Both the position numbers and the translations under genes were made by a program. The notes under the pieces were generated by a model that had not been told where the DNA came from, made no database searches, and saw only the letters and a list, made by a program, of their open reading frames with translations. Positions 9,957-21,160 of a stretch of 64,000 nucleotides of DNA are shown here, in pieces. The DNA is taken from contig OW569370.1 of NCBI GenBank assembly GCA_937625935.1, positions 372,001-436,000 of the forward strand, read 5' to 3'. Positions within the stretch are counted from its first letter, which is position 1. Every line of letters starts with the position of its first letter. This stretch comes from Tetramitus jugosus. Lineage: Eukaryota > Protista > Heterolobosea.

Positions 9957-10498
9957 CGACATAAAACAAAATAAAAGTTCATTGAATTGATCAATACAAA
10001 GCGCAACATCACCACCTCTCACTCATATTGTTTTTCCAATGACACTTTTCGTGTGGATGAACTCTTAAGCATTTCCGAATGAGTACCCGCCAAACTTCCC
10101 AAGACAATGAATCACGTCTTTGATGAGTTTCATTGCTTTTTGTGATTTTTAGCAACTTTATTGTTTTTAACGCCCATACAACCCAATTCGTAACATCAAA
10201 CCATAACACCGCATATCTTCAAGAAGTTGAAAAAATGGAATCCAACACTTCTAAGCAGTCGAGGTAGTTCGAACGATTCCATATTATAATCGTGGTACCA
10301 AACTTAATAATATTTTGTACACAAATAAGTTTAATAACATTTATTTAAATTAGGAAAAAGTGTTCTTAATTATGTAATGACTAACACTAAATTACTTTCA
10401 GTTTGTTCTCAGTGTGATTAACTCAGGTGGTGTGTAATGTTTCGACTACAAGTACAAATTTAAATTCTGTGCATCAGATTTTTGTGTTCGTTCGGTGT

Positions 10499-11743
10499 TT
10501 ATTGGACGTTGCAGATCGAGGAAGCTTTTTCCGTTCTGGAGGGAAGTGAAGGAGGTGAATTGTCCTTCCTCCCCCACTGAACGTGCACTGTCGCCACTAC
10601 CGGTCTGTGATCGCTCAGCCGTAAATCCATGGCTGCCCAGTAGTTCTTTATCTGAATCGATCTATTCCTCGAATTTCTCGAGAAGAATAGTATTCTATCC
10701 GTCCACGCTGGGATTCTCTTCTTCTTGCTTTGGTCATACTCGTCCGAGATAGGGCTGAACTTGTAAGTCGGAGGGAAGGTTATTGACCCCTCCACAAAAC
10801 CTTCAAACACCCTCCCCTTCTTCCTTTCAATTGTTAACTGATCGTTTGCTTTCAATACATCAACCATCTTTAGCGATAGTAGTTTATCAACCGCATTTCG
10901 ATTGCCGTTAATGCGATAATTTAAATCTCCACTCCATACAATATAATCAAAGAAAGAGAACATGGTTTCATCTTCGTTATGAAAAGATTCTGTGTATGGA
11001 AATCTATCCCCAAAGTAATGATCTGTGTGCGATCCATTTGCTCCAGAGAGCATGCGAAAATCATCCTCAATAAACGGAATATGAATAGAATCAAATGAAC
11101 CATCCCTCACCCTTTCATTAATACTCTCCACGATTCGTTCATATGATTGATTTCTTAGTTCTACTTTCTCTTGGGATGCAGGTAAGTGGCATCCGATGAA
11201 CAAGAATTTTCGATTTCTAATCTGAAATCCTATGAAAACTGCACCCTTGTTTCCCAGATCCTTACTCAGGATTTCGACACCACATGGCACAACTCCTTTC
11301 CTTACAGTGGACACATAACCTAGAATTTGATTCTGGACAAACAATGAGATATGCAATCCGACCAATGTGCTGCTCTGAAGCATCACATAGTCATCGCCTA
11401 GCAACTGTTGAAGTATCAACTCCCACTTCTCCTTTTTCTGGTTCACTACGCTCTTCTCTATCGATCGTTCACACTCCTGCGCAGTGAAACAATAGATGTG
11501 ATACTTGGAAGGAGATAAAATCTCCTTTATTGATTCAATCATGGAGGGTGATGTGGGCACTGTGCCCTGCATATTCCACGTCATTTGAAAAATCTTAATG
11601 TATTCGAGCTGATGCACTTCAGCACTTTCTTCACCATCCTCTGAAGCGCTGGTCGTGTCACTCCTATCAATTGGGTCACTGTCTTGTTCTCTGATCATAG
11701 TTTGGTCTTCATTTGTATCACTTTCATCCGTAGTATGATCCAT
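10499..11743 (-). CDS. Inositol polyphosphate 5-phosphatase, INPP5E-like, with C-terminal CaaX
   Basis: 5-phosphatase motifs TWNM, QE, GNKGAV, CHL, WSGDLNYRI, PTYKF, PAWTDRIL, SDHRPV. Ends in SSICNVQ (CaaX), as INPP5E-type enzymes do. Confidence 0.92.
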   Translation of the reverse strand: MDHTTDESDTNEDQTMIREQDSDPIDRSDTTSASEDGEESAEVHQLEYIKIFQMTWNMQGTVPTSPSMIESIKEILSPSKYHIYCFTAQECERSIEKSVVNQKKEKWELILQQLLGDDYVMLQSSTLVGLHISLFVQNQILGYVSTVRKGVVPCGVEILSKDLGNKGAVFIGFQIRNRKFLFIGCHLPASQEKVELRNQSYERIVESINERVRDGSFDSIHIPFIEDDFRMLSGANGSHTDHYFGDRFPYTESFHNEDETMFSFFDYIVWSGDLNYRINGNRNAVDKLLSLKMVDVLKANDQLTIERKKGRVFEGFVEGSITFPPTYKFSPISDEYDQSKKKRIPAWTDRILFFSRNSRNRSIQIKNYWAAMDLRLSDHRPVVATVHVQWGRKDNSPPSLPSRTEKASSICNVQ

Positions 11744-11929
11744 TCTAATTCTATAATTCTCTCAGTTTTCGTTCGTGGCACAATACTCACTCATACCGTT
11801 GCGCTTACGCAATGTTCGAACAACAATAGGCAAATAAATTAAGCCGCTGTACATGGTTTGAACGAATATTTATTTTGTGAGTTCTTTGCTCATTCATTCA
11901 CCATTGCTACACATCAAATGTGCCAGCTA

Positions 11930-14688
11930 TCACAAAGGTTGACTATGGTTGATTGATGGTAATGGGAATGGTCTCTGCGATAAAACTTGTGGTTTTGGGA
12001 GAGACAATAGAAGCGACGACGAACTGTCTGCCGTGTTGTTTGGATATGGTTGCAAATAACGATAATCCGTACTGTTCTCACCATTCGATACCACCATACT
12101 ATTAGAATCAGAAGCGCTCTCACAAGAAGTAGTAGTAGAGGATGAAGAGGATGCACTGTACGTGTGATGATTGTTTGTCATCATTGCATGATGATGATGA
12201 TTGTTACTACTACTACTACTACTATTCATATGGTTACTATGATTCATGTTAGGACTAATCCTGTTGCCACTACTACTGCCACTATTGCTATTACTACCAC
12301 TACTACTACTATTATTATTGGTACTACTGCTAGTGTTGATGAGTGATGTCAGAGATTGATCCGTCACATCCATCACCACTCCCTCTCTCAAATGAATGGC
12401 ATCTGGCTTGATGACGACATCACAATCACTCTCCAACTTCTTGACACCAATCGTCTTCTTCTTCTTGTTGATTCCACCATGGGACAACACTCTGTAAATG
12501 TTGGATTGAAACACTTGCAAATGATGCGATTGACTATTGTTATTACTACTTTGATTGGCTTGATGGTGGTGCTGGAATGACGACAAGCATTCTCTCTCAA
12601 TGACCAACACAAAATTCTGCCTACCAGTTTGTCCTCTGTCCACATGCACATAAATATTATTATTATTACTACTACTCCTACTACTACTACTATTAGTATT
12701 AGTATTAGTATTATTATTATTATTATGGTTGTTCAATCGTATTCTCTTGTGACACTTGGGTGATATGTCTTGAATCGATTCTCGTACCTTGTCCAATGAA
12801 GGATTCTGTAATCGATTCAGAATAAATGTCTTCAAATGAATGAACTGTTCTTGTTCTTGTTCATTGTGCACTATTGTTGTTGAAATTTCAATGGCCTGAT
12901 TGGTCATCACCTCTAACAGCACATGACCACTGCCACCACTGTTATCACTACTACTACTACTACTACTACTTGTAGCACTTGTAGCACTTGTACTACCATT
13001 CCCATGACTACTCTTAACATTGTGATCACCATTGCCACTGTTATTGTTGTGATGAGGTGGACTATTGCTCGCATGATGATTCATATGATTGTCCTGTTGT
13101 GAGCTAGTGTTATCAATCAGAGAATGCTTGCTCATTGCTGTTGTTGTTGTGATGGATGATGGTGATAGTGCTGAGGATGATGAGGATACAACTGTTGCTG
13201 CTGCTGCTGCTGCAATATTATTACCATCACTGTGATTCATGGGTTGATTCTCATTATTGCTACTATTATGATGATGATGATAGTAATGAGAGTGTGGTGG
13301 TGGAGGTGGTGGTGGAGGTGCATAATGATGATGTGGATGAGGTGGATGAGGTGGGTAGTGAGGATGATGCAAGTGATGTGGTCTATGATGATGATGATGA
13401 TGAGATGGATGTGGATGAGGGTGGTGGTGGTGATGAGGAGAATGTCGATGATGATGAGGATGAGGATGGTGATGGTGATGATGATGAGGATGGTGGTGAG
13501 GAGGAGGAGGAGGAGGATGGTGATGATGATGGTGCGGATGAGGATGGTAATGATGAGGTGGAGGTGGTGAATGGTGAGGAGAGTGATGATGATGATGATG
13601 CGGTGGTGGTGGTGGTGGTGGATAATAAAAGTGAGGATGATGATGAGAGTAGGGTGATGTTGAAGGCATTGATGACACTGATTGTTGTACTTGCTGTTGA
13701 GTGTCATGTGCTTTTGTTGCTGTTGATGCTGTTGTCTGATTGACACCCAATGCACTTGTTGTATTCATGCTGTTGTTGATATTGTTACTGGTATTTGATG
13801 TATCCTCACTTGTCTTATTCTTTTCATCCTTGATTAGACCAGCAGCAACATGCTGTGACTTGTCATTCCCATTTGATTCAACTGTACTACTATCCTGCAA
13901 TAGTTGCATTGATTGAATGGATGGTAATTGACAAGTTGTATTGTTATTGCTATTGTCTGTACTGTCATTATTGGTATTATTATTATTGTTATTATTATTG
14001 TTATTGTTATTATTATTGCTATTACCACTAATATTAGTACTACTACTATTTGGACTCACAGATACATTAACACAGTTAGTAGATACTTGTGTTGTTATTG
14101 TTGCTGGTAATGATGACGAATGAGATAATAGTGATGAATGATGATAGGAAGGCAGTAATGATGATAATGATGAAGAAGCATATGGTGCGTGATGAGAAGA
14201 AGGTGATGGATGATAGGAATAGGGATATGGATGATGAGGATGTGTTGGAGGTGGATGCATCATGCTGGTGGTACTGGAATAATAGTGACCTGATTGGTGA
14301 TGATGATGAGGAGGAGAAGGAGTACCATAGTAATAGTAATAGGCTGCTGCTGCTGATGGTGGTGGTGGTGATAAAGCATGATTAGTATTGCTATTCACAG
14401 TAGTAGGAGTAGGAGTAGTAGTAGGAGCAGTAGCAGCAATAGAAGAAGAAGATGGTGATGATGACGAGACTACTTGTGGTATTGTTGTCGTCGCCGTCGT
14501 CGTTGTATCATTCACAGTTGTTGTTGTTGTCTTGTTCTGTTCTTCTTTTGGTACTTGTTCATTGATACTGTTATTGTTGTTGTTGTTGTTGTTGATGGGT
14601 ATTGTATCAATCATGATACCTGCACCTGAATACCCACAATCACTACTATCAACACTATTGCTACTACTATTGCTATCTTTACTATTGA

Positions 14689-14720
<32 letters not shown>

Positions 14721-15832
14721 CGATTATTATCATGTACATGGATAGAGTCTGATGATGATAATGTAATGGTATCAGCTGCAGAATTAGTATGATTGTTGGT
14801 GGTGACAGTGGCAGTGATGGTGGTGGATGATTGATGATTGAGCTTCACTCTCTTGTTGTTGCTGTTCGAATAGCAATCATCAATCATGGCAACACCTACT
14901 GTGCCTGCAACAGTGTCCACTGTGGTTGGCTCCTTCTTCACAACTTTATCATCATCGTGTGACAACAAGAATGATGGCGATGACTCTCGTGTATACGGAA
15001 CATGATGATGATGATGATTAGAAGGATGATTAGAATGATGATGATTGTATGGTGATGGAGATGACAATGGAGTAGTAATGGTTGTGATATCTACATCCAT
15101 CTCTGCATCCACATCTGCCATTGCACTATCACTCATATGACTGCTATTGTTGATGTTGTTGTTGTTGTTGTCAGCATCATCATCCATACTTGAAATGCAC
15201 GCTTGTTTTCTCTTGAGAGTCGTTGGTGTTATGCTTGAATTACTTACACTACTACTACTACTACTACTACTACTGTTGTTGTTGTTGTTATTATTATGAT
15301 TATGATTATTCAGGTGATTGTTGCTGGGTGGAGAAGATGATGAAGAGTGTATTCTGAGAGAATTCATCGTATTTAATACAATGGATGGTGATGGTGTCGC
15401 TGCACTCGTCGTGATACTAGCAGCATTGTTATTTGAAAATTGGTTGTCTTGTTGTTGACTTCCAACACTACCACTGTTATTATTGTTGTTGTTGTTGTTG
15501 ATATCGTTTGTTGTTGTATGATAATTGTTGTTGTTGTTGTATGGAGGGAGCAGCAGTGTGGGAGAGCTTGTTCGCTGTCTCTTGAATATCGATATGGGTG
15601 CAATGGGTTTATTCTTTGTGATGGTACTGGTGGTTGTTATTGTATTATGCTGATGATCAGAGTTCACCACCATGGTATTATTGCTGTTATGGTTGGTTGT
15701 TATTGGTGTGTTTTGTTGATTGTTATTGCTGTTGTTTGAATCTTCTTCTGCAGCATGTGGGCATGGAGGAACATTATTCATTGGTTCTGTGGTCTCTGAC
15801 GATAATGATGTTACTTGGTTGTCGTGCGTCAT
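11930..15832 (-). CDS. Large low-complexity protein (poly-N/S/T/H/P) with a small folded C-terminal domain, putative transcription factor
   Basis: Open frame of about 1300 codons, with the first ATG at 15832 (MTHDNQV). Basic NLS-like patches (LKRKQ, NKRVKL, KRIRL, KKKK). Globular-looking segment at about 12380-12930. Function is inferred. Confidence 0.65.
13270..13650 (-). repeat. Imperfect CAT/CAC/CCA/CCT trinucleotide array encoding a His/Pro-rich tract of about 125 aa
   Basis: The + strand reads as continuous GAT/GGT/GAG triplets. The translation is HHHHPH...PPPPPPP...HHHH. Confidence 0.9.
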
Positions 15833-16297
15833 CTTGCTCGGTAAATCAAAAAAAAGGAACTTGCGAGGACACAAATGGGAAATACAGGGCACGAAATATC
15901 CTCCTCTGTTTGTCAATTAGGATGCTGATGGAATCGGTGGAAGGTGGGTCTGAATCTTTCAAAGGACTTTGGGTTAGATAGGGACACGTTACGTTGCTGT
16001 TGTATGTGATTTGTGTTTTCTGAGTGTACCTCCAAAAGATTGAACTATGTGACAAACAGGTGCTGCTATGGATTCTTGTTGTTCTTTTTTACAAGTATTC
16101 GTCTGGGAGGATTTTTTGGGAATTACAGGAATTCAACTGAAACACTTTCTGATGGGGAGAAAATAATGGATATGGGGTGTCTGTCAGGATAATTATTATT
16201 TCTCTCGGGCGGAATTCAATCGACGTCGGAGTTCTTAGATTCCCGCTACCAATGACCAACTGGAAACCCGCCTTTTTCACTTCTGGTCAAAAACCTG

Positions 16298-18256
16298 ATG
16301 AAGCTCACTCGAACACGTATTGTCCCACCTATACTTTACTCTTCCACCACGGGATATCCTATTCCCAACTCCACAACTACTCGACATCATCACGAGAAGA
16401 ACAATTCCTTGATCAGTCCTGATTTGCGTCATCTGCAGCTCAGATCCACTCAACGATCATTTCCACACAATTCCAGCACACCAAATATTACAATTGTAGA
16501 TGAGAATGGGGAAGAAGAAGAGTCCAGAGAAATCATGCATCTCAACAAAATTATTCAATACCTAAAGACAAAAAAGTATCATCTAGTGCCCTATCATTTC
16601 GATCAATATGTAATTGAACAACAACAACACCGACAATCCAATCAGTTCAGTGATCATGTCATAGCTGATCGTCGTATCACAATGTACCAACAATTGATAC
16701 ACATGTATTTGCACGAGTTTCATCATCCGATTCGTGCTGCCAAAGTGTGGCACTTTTGCAATCAACAACAACAACAACAAGAAAATACGCATACTGATTT
16801 TACAAGTAATGAGCATGATGATCATAGTCAATGGAAATGGATTCGTGAATTGGAGCATCAGATTGAACAATACACAAATCACCACTATCATACAATGAAA
16901 GACTTACCATCACAGGATCAATTACTCTATCGGCCACACTTGTCGAGTGCAAGAGAATTTTACAGGCATAGCAACAACAACAACAACAACAACAACTTTG
17001 AAGGTCATAATGATCCACACAACAAATCCAGTTTATCAATCAAAATACAACAAGTATTTGATCAGATTCAACAACAACAACAACAACAAGTGCTATCGAA
17101 CATTAGCAGTCATCCATGTTTGTTGTATTTGAACATGAAGAGTGAAAGTGATCGATGTGTTCATACTCAATCACCCATTCCCATGCATTCCATATTCTAT
17201 GTGGAGAAACCATTGGTACACGTGGATTTATTCAATTCTCGAGAGTGCATTGTATGTGAACAATGTTTGTATGACCCGTCATCATCATTGTCTACAACAA
17301 GAAGGAACAAGAAGAAGAAGAAGATGAATAACAAAATGAAGAATGTAGAAGATGCATTCAACAATAGTAATAGTAATAAGAATGATATTAACTGCAATAG
17401 TCAATCTCATCGATTCTGTCAACAGACATTCCACAAGATGAAACAGCAATTGATGCGTCATTTATCATTCACATCACCACCACTGATGCATAACAACAAC
17501 AATAGTGTGATTGCACCTCGATTTGTCTTCTTAATCATGAAACTATTGATTCAAAGTATTGTTGTATCCAATGCATCACCACTGAATCAAACACAACAAA
17601 TGATGAATCAGAATTTGTTTACATGTTATCCACTGTTGTCCATACTGGAGCCATCCATCATTTATCAACCACAGCAGCAACAACAACAACAACAACAACA
17701 ACAAAATCAAATGTTGAATAATCGTGATGATGATGATACTAATACTAAGCATAATAGTCGTAGTAGTAGTAGTAGTAGCAACAACGATGAGAGAGAAGAT
17801 TTGGCCATGATCAATTACTTGTATCAATTGTTGGTAAAGCACTTGTCCATGAGTCAAAGCGAGTGCATCATCAATGATTTGCCCACATTTGAACGATTGT
17901 ATTTGACAATGAGCAATTATAGTTTTGGTGATTTGGAGAGTGAGCAGTACTTTATGGGTCAATTGATTTGTTTTGTGAACCATAGTTGTTCACCCAATGC
18001 AAAACTCGTGTTTGACAATGAACATCGTCTCATTACGCTCGTTGCACTGAGAGATATTGAAAAGGATGAACAGATTACCATTTCATACTTTGGGGACATG
18101 TGTGGAGCAGCAAAAGCAGCATCATCCATTAGTGATGAACAATATCACAAGATGAGAAGAGATGTGGCACATCATCACGGTTTCACATGTGCAGAGAATT
18201 GCTTTTGTGAGAGCCATGTGAAACAATTCATGCTCAACAGACAGAATAAAGGATAA
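16298..18256 (+). CDS. SET-domain lysine methyltransferase (SMYD-like split SET), possible mitochondrial presequence
   Basis: SET motifs FVNHSCSPNA and ALRDIEKDEQITISY. Post-SET HGFTCAENCFC. N-SET half around HTQSPIPMHSIFYVEKP, followed by a Cys cluster CIVCEQC. Confidence 0.88.
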   Translation: MKLTRTRIVPPILYSSTTGYPIPNSTTTRHHHEKNNSLISPDLRHLQLRSTQRSFPHNSSTPNITIVDENGEEEESREIMHLNKIIQYLKTKKYHLVPYHFDQYVIEQQQHRQSNQFSDHVIADRRITMYQQLIHMYLHEFHHPIRAAKVWHFCNQQQQQQENTHTDFTSNEHDDHSQWKWIRELEHQIEQYTNHHYHTMKDLPSQDQLLYRPHLSSAREFYRHSNNNNNNNNFEGHNDPHNKSSLSIKIQQVFDQIQQQQQQQVLSNISSHPCLLYLNMKSESDRCVHTQSPIPMHSIFYVEKPLVHVDLFNSRECIVCEQCLYDPSSSLSTTRRNKKKKKMNNKMKNVEDAFNNSNSNKNDINCNSQSHRFCQQTFHKMKQQLMRHLSFTSPPLMHNNNNSVIAPRFVFLIMKLLIQSIVVSNASPLNQTQQMMNQNLFTCYPLLSILEPSIIYQPQQQQQQQQQQQNQMLNNRDDDDTNTKHNSRSSSSSSNNDEREDLAMINYLYQLLVKHLSMSQSECIINDLPTFERLYLTMSNYSFGDLESEQYFMGQLICFVNHSCSPNAKLVFDNEHRLITLVALRDIEKDEQITISYFGDMCGAAKAASSISDEQYHKMRRDVAHHHGFTCAENCFCESHVKQFMLNRQNKG

Positions 18257-18557
18257 CATCTATTTTGCACACACCAGAGTGTACCTGATACACTCACCGC
18301 TATTTTGTAAAAGGAGGTGTCTGTTGGGGATTCTCAAGGAGACAAGTATCAAAATATTCCAATTTGTTTTTCTGCGATAGTTCTCCCTTTCCTTCTCCAT
18401 GCTGGAGTCTTCTAATCCTGAGGGCTTCCGGGATGAAAATAGAAGTCGGCCCTAAACTCACATGTTCGCTCTTGTTTTCCGCCAGTCCCAGAAAAAAAAA
18501 ACATAACAAACAGCAGCAGCATAATATCATCATCAACAACACATCAACAGAAAAGAG

Positions 18558-19797
18558 ATGGGAATATTTGGAGCAGACAAGTACGATAGTAGTAAACTAA
18601 AGAGTCATCTAAAAATGACTCAATCAAGAATTGAATTGTTGAAGAATAAGAAGAGAAATGGAGTGAAGCTTCAACGGAGACAAATTGCAGAGTTGTTGAG
18701 ACAGGGAAAGGACGAATCTGCTAGAATCAAAGTTGAAAATGTCATTAGAGAAGATTTTATGATTGAGGTACGTACAATGCTGTTTTTATGAATTTTTGTA
18801 TCAACAACAACAACAATAGACACTCACACAAAAAACACACACACATGCACACACATACAAACAATAGGCATTTGAAATATTAGAACTATTTTGTGACCTG
18901 GTTCAAACAAGAGTCTTGTTGATATCAGAGAGCAGAACATGTCCAACTGATCTCAAAGAAGCCATTAGCAGTATTCTCTATGCAGCACCTAGATGTGACA
19001 TTCCTGAACTCATGATCATCAGAGATCAATTGAGCAAAAAGTTTGGAAAGGAGTTTGTGCTCGCTGCCATGGAGAATAGAGACTTTGCAGTCAATCAGAG
19101 AGTGCTCATCAAACTCAGTGTCAAAGTACCTGAACCCTACCTGTGTGTACATTATTTGAAGGATATTGCTGAGGAGCATGGCATTGAATTGGATGCTGGT
19201 GGAATAGGCAATGATGTTCCTCCATCGTCATCCAACAATGGTGGAATGGATGGTGGCAATATGGGTGGCAATATGGGTGGTGGTGGTGGTGGTATGGGTG
19301 GTTATATTCCACAATCAAACTACCCTGTTCAACCTAGTTTACAAATGGATCATCAAGCCATGTCCAGTCAACAATTCCATCAACCATCATCATCATCATC
19401 CATGTCATCACTGCACCATCATGATACACCACCAGTGAACAATGGTGGTGGTATCATGTATCCTACCACGGATCATCACTTTGGCATGTACAGCAACAAC
19501 TCTCAACAACAACAAGCACCACAACAAGCAATGCAAGCACCACCACCACAGCAACAACCACCACTGAATCATTTGACTCACTCTGGATACAATGTTGATT
19601 TCACACCTGGTCACATGATTGTACCCAGTGATGATTTACCAAAGTTGGGCGGTTATCAATCACCTGTGAATAATATCGGTGGTAGTGGTGGTGGAAATTA
19701 TCAATCATCCTCTGCTGTGCCATCCGAGGAACCGCCTGCCTATGATTTTGATGATTTGCAGAAGCGATTCGAAGCACTCAAGCGAAGAGAACAATAA
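18558..19797 (+). CDS. IST1: IST1, ESCRT-III-associated regulator of Vps4 (2 exons, about 379 aa)
   Basis: Exons 18558-18767 and 18868-19797; intron 18768-18867 GTACGT...ATAG. Splicing gives SARIKVENVIREDFMIE|AFEILELFCDL and LKEAISSILYAAPRCDIPEL. C-terminal MIM1 DFDDLQKRFEALKRR. Confidence 0.95.
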
Positions 19798-19861
19798 AAT
19801 ATTTCAAGTAACAGAATTAAGTTCGAGTTTGATACTGTGCACAAATTTTTATGGTTACCTT

Positions 19862-21160
19862 TTACATGTACATGTTGTGATATTGCTTTTGGGATGCCTC
19901 TGTTAATCCACCGAGCTTGTTAATGACTTGTTCCAACTTTTGTTCAATCTCCTTGGCAGTCTTTTCAATGTTGGCAGTGTCAATGACCTTTGCGCCCGTT
20001 CTCTTGCTCAACAATGTGTCAATGCAGTGAATGAGACTGATGCAAGCACGTGTTCCAATCTGCAAGTGCTTATCCAATGGAGCAAACAAGCATGCAACAG
20101 TAATGCCCTTGACAATTGCTTCTGCCAAGATACCTCCCGTAATGTGCTTGACAGACAAATTCCTGACGGGAGAGTGACCCAATTGAACCATCTTCTTGCT
20201 AAAGTCTTCATCGTTGGTGCAGAACCAGAGTTGTCCCTTGTATTCTTGTTGACTCTTGGTTGCATTGGCCAAGAGCTTAATCAAATCTTCCTTTGATTGA
20301 GGCATCTTGTCCGCATCATCACCACCATTCTCATCATCATCACCACCCAGCAACAGCATGTGACTACCCTCTGATTCTTCATCATCCTCATCTTCGTCAC
20401 CACTTGCACCACCACCGACACCAGCACCTCCCGTAATACCAATCTGCAACTGTTCGTCCTTTACTTCCTTTGTTGGATCGTCCACCAGTCCATCACATGA
20501 GATGATCATGCTGCATCTGTGACGTCTAGCAAAGTCATAAATGGCATCGACCAAACTGTTTTGAATCTCTGCATCCTGAACATCGTACTCACTCACAAAC
20601 ACAACAATCTTATCATTGCCATAGATGCGCGCACCGTGAGATGGCAATCCCTGTGTCACCACTGCCAATGGAGTAAAATGTCGAGAGATGATATCACCCA
20701 CCAATGGCAAATTCATTTCCTTGATGATATAGTTGGCTGTCATGACTGAAACCATGTTGCCTGAACTGTCGGGAAAACCTTCGATAATGGCTGCACCGTC
20801 GCAGCACATGGTGTCGAACTCTCTGAGGCGAATCTTGTCAAATGAGCACTCTTGAATCACCTTGTAGTTGCGACAAAAGGATGGATAGGGTGTGGCCTTC
20901 TTCTCTGATGGAGTCGTAGGAGGAACAGGTGTCGTCTTGCTCTCCTCCTTTTCATCACTTGTTGTCTTGTTAGTCGTCGACGTGGTGTCAACAGTGAGCT
21001 TTTGATTGTCGACAGTATTGTTGTTGACGTCGTTGATGGCCTCTTGGAGTGCATCCTTTTGCTGTTTGACCTTTTTGGCTGATTTCTCAGTGGTGCTCGA
21101 TGGAGTCTTGTCTTGTTTGTTGCTGTTTGTGTTACTGGTTCTCTTTCTCTTGTCAGTCAT
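19862..21160 (-). CDS. PAC2-family proteasome assembly chaperone/activator, archaeal Pba-like, with C-terminal HbYX (MYM)
   Basis: PAC2-family N-terminal pattern IIEGFP...VSVMTANYIIKEMNLPLVGDI...FTPLAVVTQGLPSHGARIY...VVFVSE. Also IISCDG, HITGGILAEA, IDTANIEKTAKEIEQKL. Terminal tripeptide is M-Y-M. Confidence 0.8.
   Translation of the reverse strand: MTDKRKRTSNTNSNKQDKTPSSTTEKSAKKVKQQKDALQEAINDVNNNTVDNQKLTVDTTSTTNKTTSDEKEESKTTPVPPTTPSEKKATPYPSFCRNYKVIQECSFDKIRLREFDTMCCDGAAIIEGFPDSSGNMVSVMTANYIIKEMNLPLVGDIISRHFTPLAVVTQGLPSHGARIYGNDKIVVFVSEYDVQDAEIQNSLVDAIYDFARRHRCSMIISCDGLVDDPTKEVKDEQLQIGITGGAGVGGGASGDEDEDDEESEGSHMLLLGGDDDENGGDDADKMPQSKEDLIKLLANATKSQQEYKGQLWFCTNDEDFSKKMVQLGHSPVRNLSVKHITGGILAEAIVKGITVACLFAPLDKHLQIGTRACISLIHCIDTLLSKRTGAKVIDTANIEKTAKEIEQKLEQVINKLGGLTEASQKQYHNMYM

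Noticed and set aside
10260-10300. GTTCGAAC T-loop-like sequence suggesting a tRNA (also at about 11814)
   Set aside because: No cloverleaf, D-arm or acceptor stem could be built around either site.
13156-13743. Antisense ORFs: a 195-aa Asp/Glu-rich ORF and a 112-aa Met/Arg/Trp-rich ORF
   Set aside because: They are shadows of the CAT/CCA repeats encoding the His/Pro tract on the - strand. Triplet repeats are often stop-free in several frames.
13928-15981. Poly-Leu/Val/Ile/Cys ORFs that look like membrane proteins
   Set aside because: They are alternative-frame or antisense readings of AAT/AAC/AGT microsatellites within the large - strand gene.
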